Below are positions 61,961 through 64,000 of a DNA stretch of 64,000 nucleotides, piece after piece; within the stretch, counting starts at the first letter, position 1, and each line of letters starts with the position of its first letter. The stretch is from Iphione sp. A-MEVVRFRX5 (taxonomy: Eukaryota), in contig OZ320321.1 in NCBI GenBank assembly GCA_976226885.1, forward strand, positions 10,230,001-10,294,000, in the 5' to 3' direction. Made by a program: the position numbers and the translations under genes. The notes beneath the pieces were generated by a model, which was given only the letters and a program-made list of their open reading frames with translations, had not been told where the DNA came from and made no database searches.

Positions 61961-62025
61961 GGTTTCTCCGCGGCTGTGTGTGTATGCAGAACATTTATAT
62001 AGAGAAACATCGAATGGTCAGAGTG

Positions 62026-62857
62026 TGTAACACAACTCAAGACGACACAGGTTTCCAAGTTAGTTGATCTTTATTCCAACAGGTAGACACTACAAGGTGG
62101 CGGATCGGAGCTCTCCGAAAAGCGATGAGGGGTTCCGGTCATTATATACCGATAGTCCGCAACCCCATGTCAAAGGTTAACACCCTTCCGGTCATAGTTC
62201 GTAACCTAGGTACAAAGTGCGTGACATATCGTAACCTTAGGTCATAGGTCTTCGGACCTTTGACCTATTCACGTGATCTTAGGTCAGGACAGGTCAAGAA
62301 TCGCATTAACCCTCTGTCCCACCCTAACGCCCTTCCATGATGGATGTGAAAGCTGTCATCACCCACCCTGGAAGTGCCTCGAAATCTCCCCTCCGACCCT
62401 ATGTTTGTTTAGGCTGACCTGTCACCTGAACATAGTTTATGAGTGTCTACTGGTGTGTGGGATCTCGATTCCCAGACTGTCGATGGCGCCATGTCTGCAA
62501 CATGATACACCTGTTGTCTGTGAATCGAGGATCCGCGTTAAAAGACTTATATCTATACACTGTACAATAGAACTCTCTCTCTCTTACCACTGCATTTCAC
62601 GGTCATATTCATTATAGTATGTACACACAATCATACACGTAATGAGCACAAAATCGTATGTACGAAATTGCATTCATTATGTACGCAAAATACAATGTCC
62701 ACCAAATGACCATAACACAATGTCTGCATGTCTGCCAAACTCATGGTTCATATGTATGTGAAACTCGGCGTCCACCATATGATGTCCGTAAAACCGAATG
62801 TCCGCAATATTATGTATGCGAAACGCAATGTCCGCAATATAACACTACTGTGTTACA
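62026..62857 (-). mobile_element. 3' LTR (832 bp) of an LTR retrotransposon, probably Ty3/Gypsy-like; element continues past the right edge
   Basis: Perfect 9-bp terminal inverted repeat TGTAACACA...TGTGTTACA; polypurine tract AGGAGGGGAGGGG abuts it (62858-62870, minus strand); minus-strand TATA (62142-62148) followed by AATAAA (62069-62074). Confidence 0.85.
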
Positions 62858-64000
62858 CCCCTCCCCTCCTAAGGAGAGATGTGTCCACACATCTTCCCGA
62901 CGATATCTTTGAAAGCGATCCCGGCACATCAGCTTGTCCTTCTGCCAGTATTGTCTCTAAAGGGCAGTAACGTTCAATCTGGCAAAGTCACTTTTCAGCC
63001 CAGATCACTACTCAAAGTGGAAAGGAGAACAACAACAGCGGAGTTTACCGAAAGTGCCCGTGAGGCACATTAACTTCGGGTTCAGGGTCACTTCGTGCAA
63101 CCCATCGAGGAACCTTTAAGACGGTTCAGCTGGCGATGGCTCAGTTCGTTCAAGTTCCAGGCAAGGTTCACACATCTATCCGCTGCTCGTCCACATGTCG
63201 TCGGCAGGGGGTTTAGTATTGTCCGTCATAAGTTTATTCCCCCAATGGAAGACTCACTCACTGTTTGGACATTCAAGACATCTACATGAACGAGTTCAAA
63301 CCACACGGTCTGACTCTCTGAATGACCATGAGAATCACATTCATAATGTGCAGTGCTACGGTGGTCGTCTTGACCCTATGGGACGCCACTCATATTTTCA
63401 TGGGTTGGATGCCCGGACTGCTCATCACCTAGATGATCAGGCCGGACCCACACCATGGACCTATTGTTTCGTCAGTCGAAACTTGCAACTGCACTCTCCA
63501 ATTGGTGTGACGAGGCCGTGCAGGCCCCTTACGGCCAATTATCTGCAGATTAGAACCATTTTCCGAAACGAGAGAGTTCAGTCGGTGCTACACAAGCAGT
63601 GCCGGAAGGTTACGCAAGGCGGCGTAGCCCTTCGGCGGGAGGAGGTCCCTGAAACTTCCCTTTACACCACCCAGCTTAAGGGCACATCCCCCCAAATAAT
63701 GGAAGCACAAAGAGGACATTCTGACAGGACATTACAACAAAAGATTAAATATTTTCCCGTGTGTCTGTTTGCGTGACGAACGATATGTACATCTTGATCA
63801 GCTTCAACATCGGTCGTCACCACACAGTAAGTACAATACATTTTCTTAGCGGATAATGTAGTACAACAGCTTCATAACTCGAGTAACCATAACATAAAAG
63901 ACACTCTCTACTACTTCTACATGCAGAGAATCACATCAACCGGTATAAATAAACAAAGCACACTTTTCGAGACTAGAGCGAGAATTCTTTACTCTCCTGC
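62858..64000 (-). mobile_element. Internal 3' region of the LTR element; no intact pol/integrase frame recognised
   Basis: Contiguous with the PPT; all minus-strand frames contain stops; carries a 193-codon ORF on the opposite strand (63195-63776). Confidence 0.65.

Overview
This is eukaryotic, invertebrate-animal-like genomic DNA with spliceosomal introns, repeat-rich sequence and two N gaps; nearly all ORFs in the six-frame track are spurious. One complete gene can be rebuilt by hand: an SH3YL1/Ysc84-family gene on the + strand (8 coding exons, 34307-47237, 390 aa, SYLF domain plus C-terminal SH3). The first coding exon of a tetraspanin lies on the - strand (22344-22409) beside a CpG island, but I could not find its later exons. 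The rest is transposon debris: a decayed CR1/L2-type RT fragment, probable RTE-like fragments, two PIF/Harbinger-like MITE families, a TTAA-flanked MITE, and an 832-bp LTR with its PPT at the right edge. There are also more than a dozen minisatellites. I found no prokaryote-style system (CRISPR, operon, rRNA) and nothing I can honestly call a proven new system. The best leads are (i) local duplications that copied SH3YL1 splice acceptors into frame-breaking decoys, (ii) an inverted templated insertion bounded by a 42-bp duplication, (iii) a 193-codon antisense ORF inside the LTR element, and (iv) unidentified exon-like islands at 55.7-59.5 kb. All homology calls come from motif recognition by eye, not database searches.
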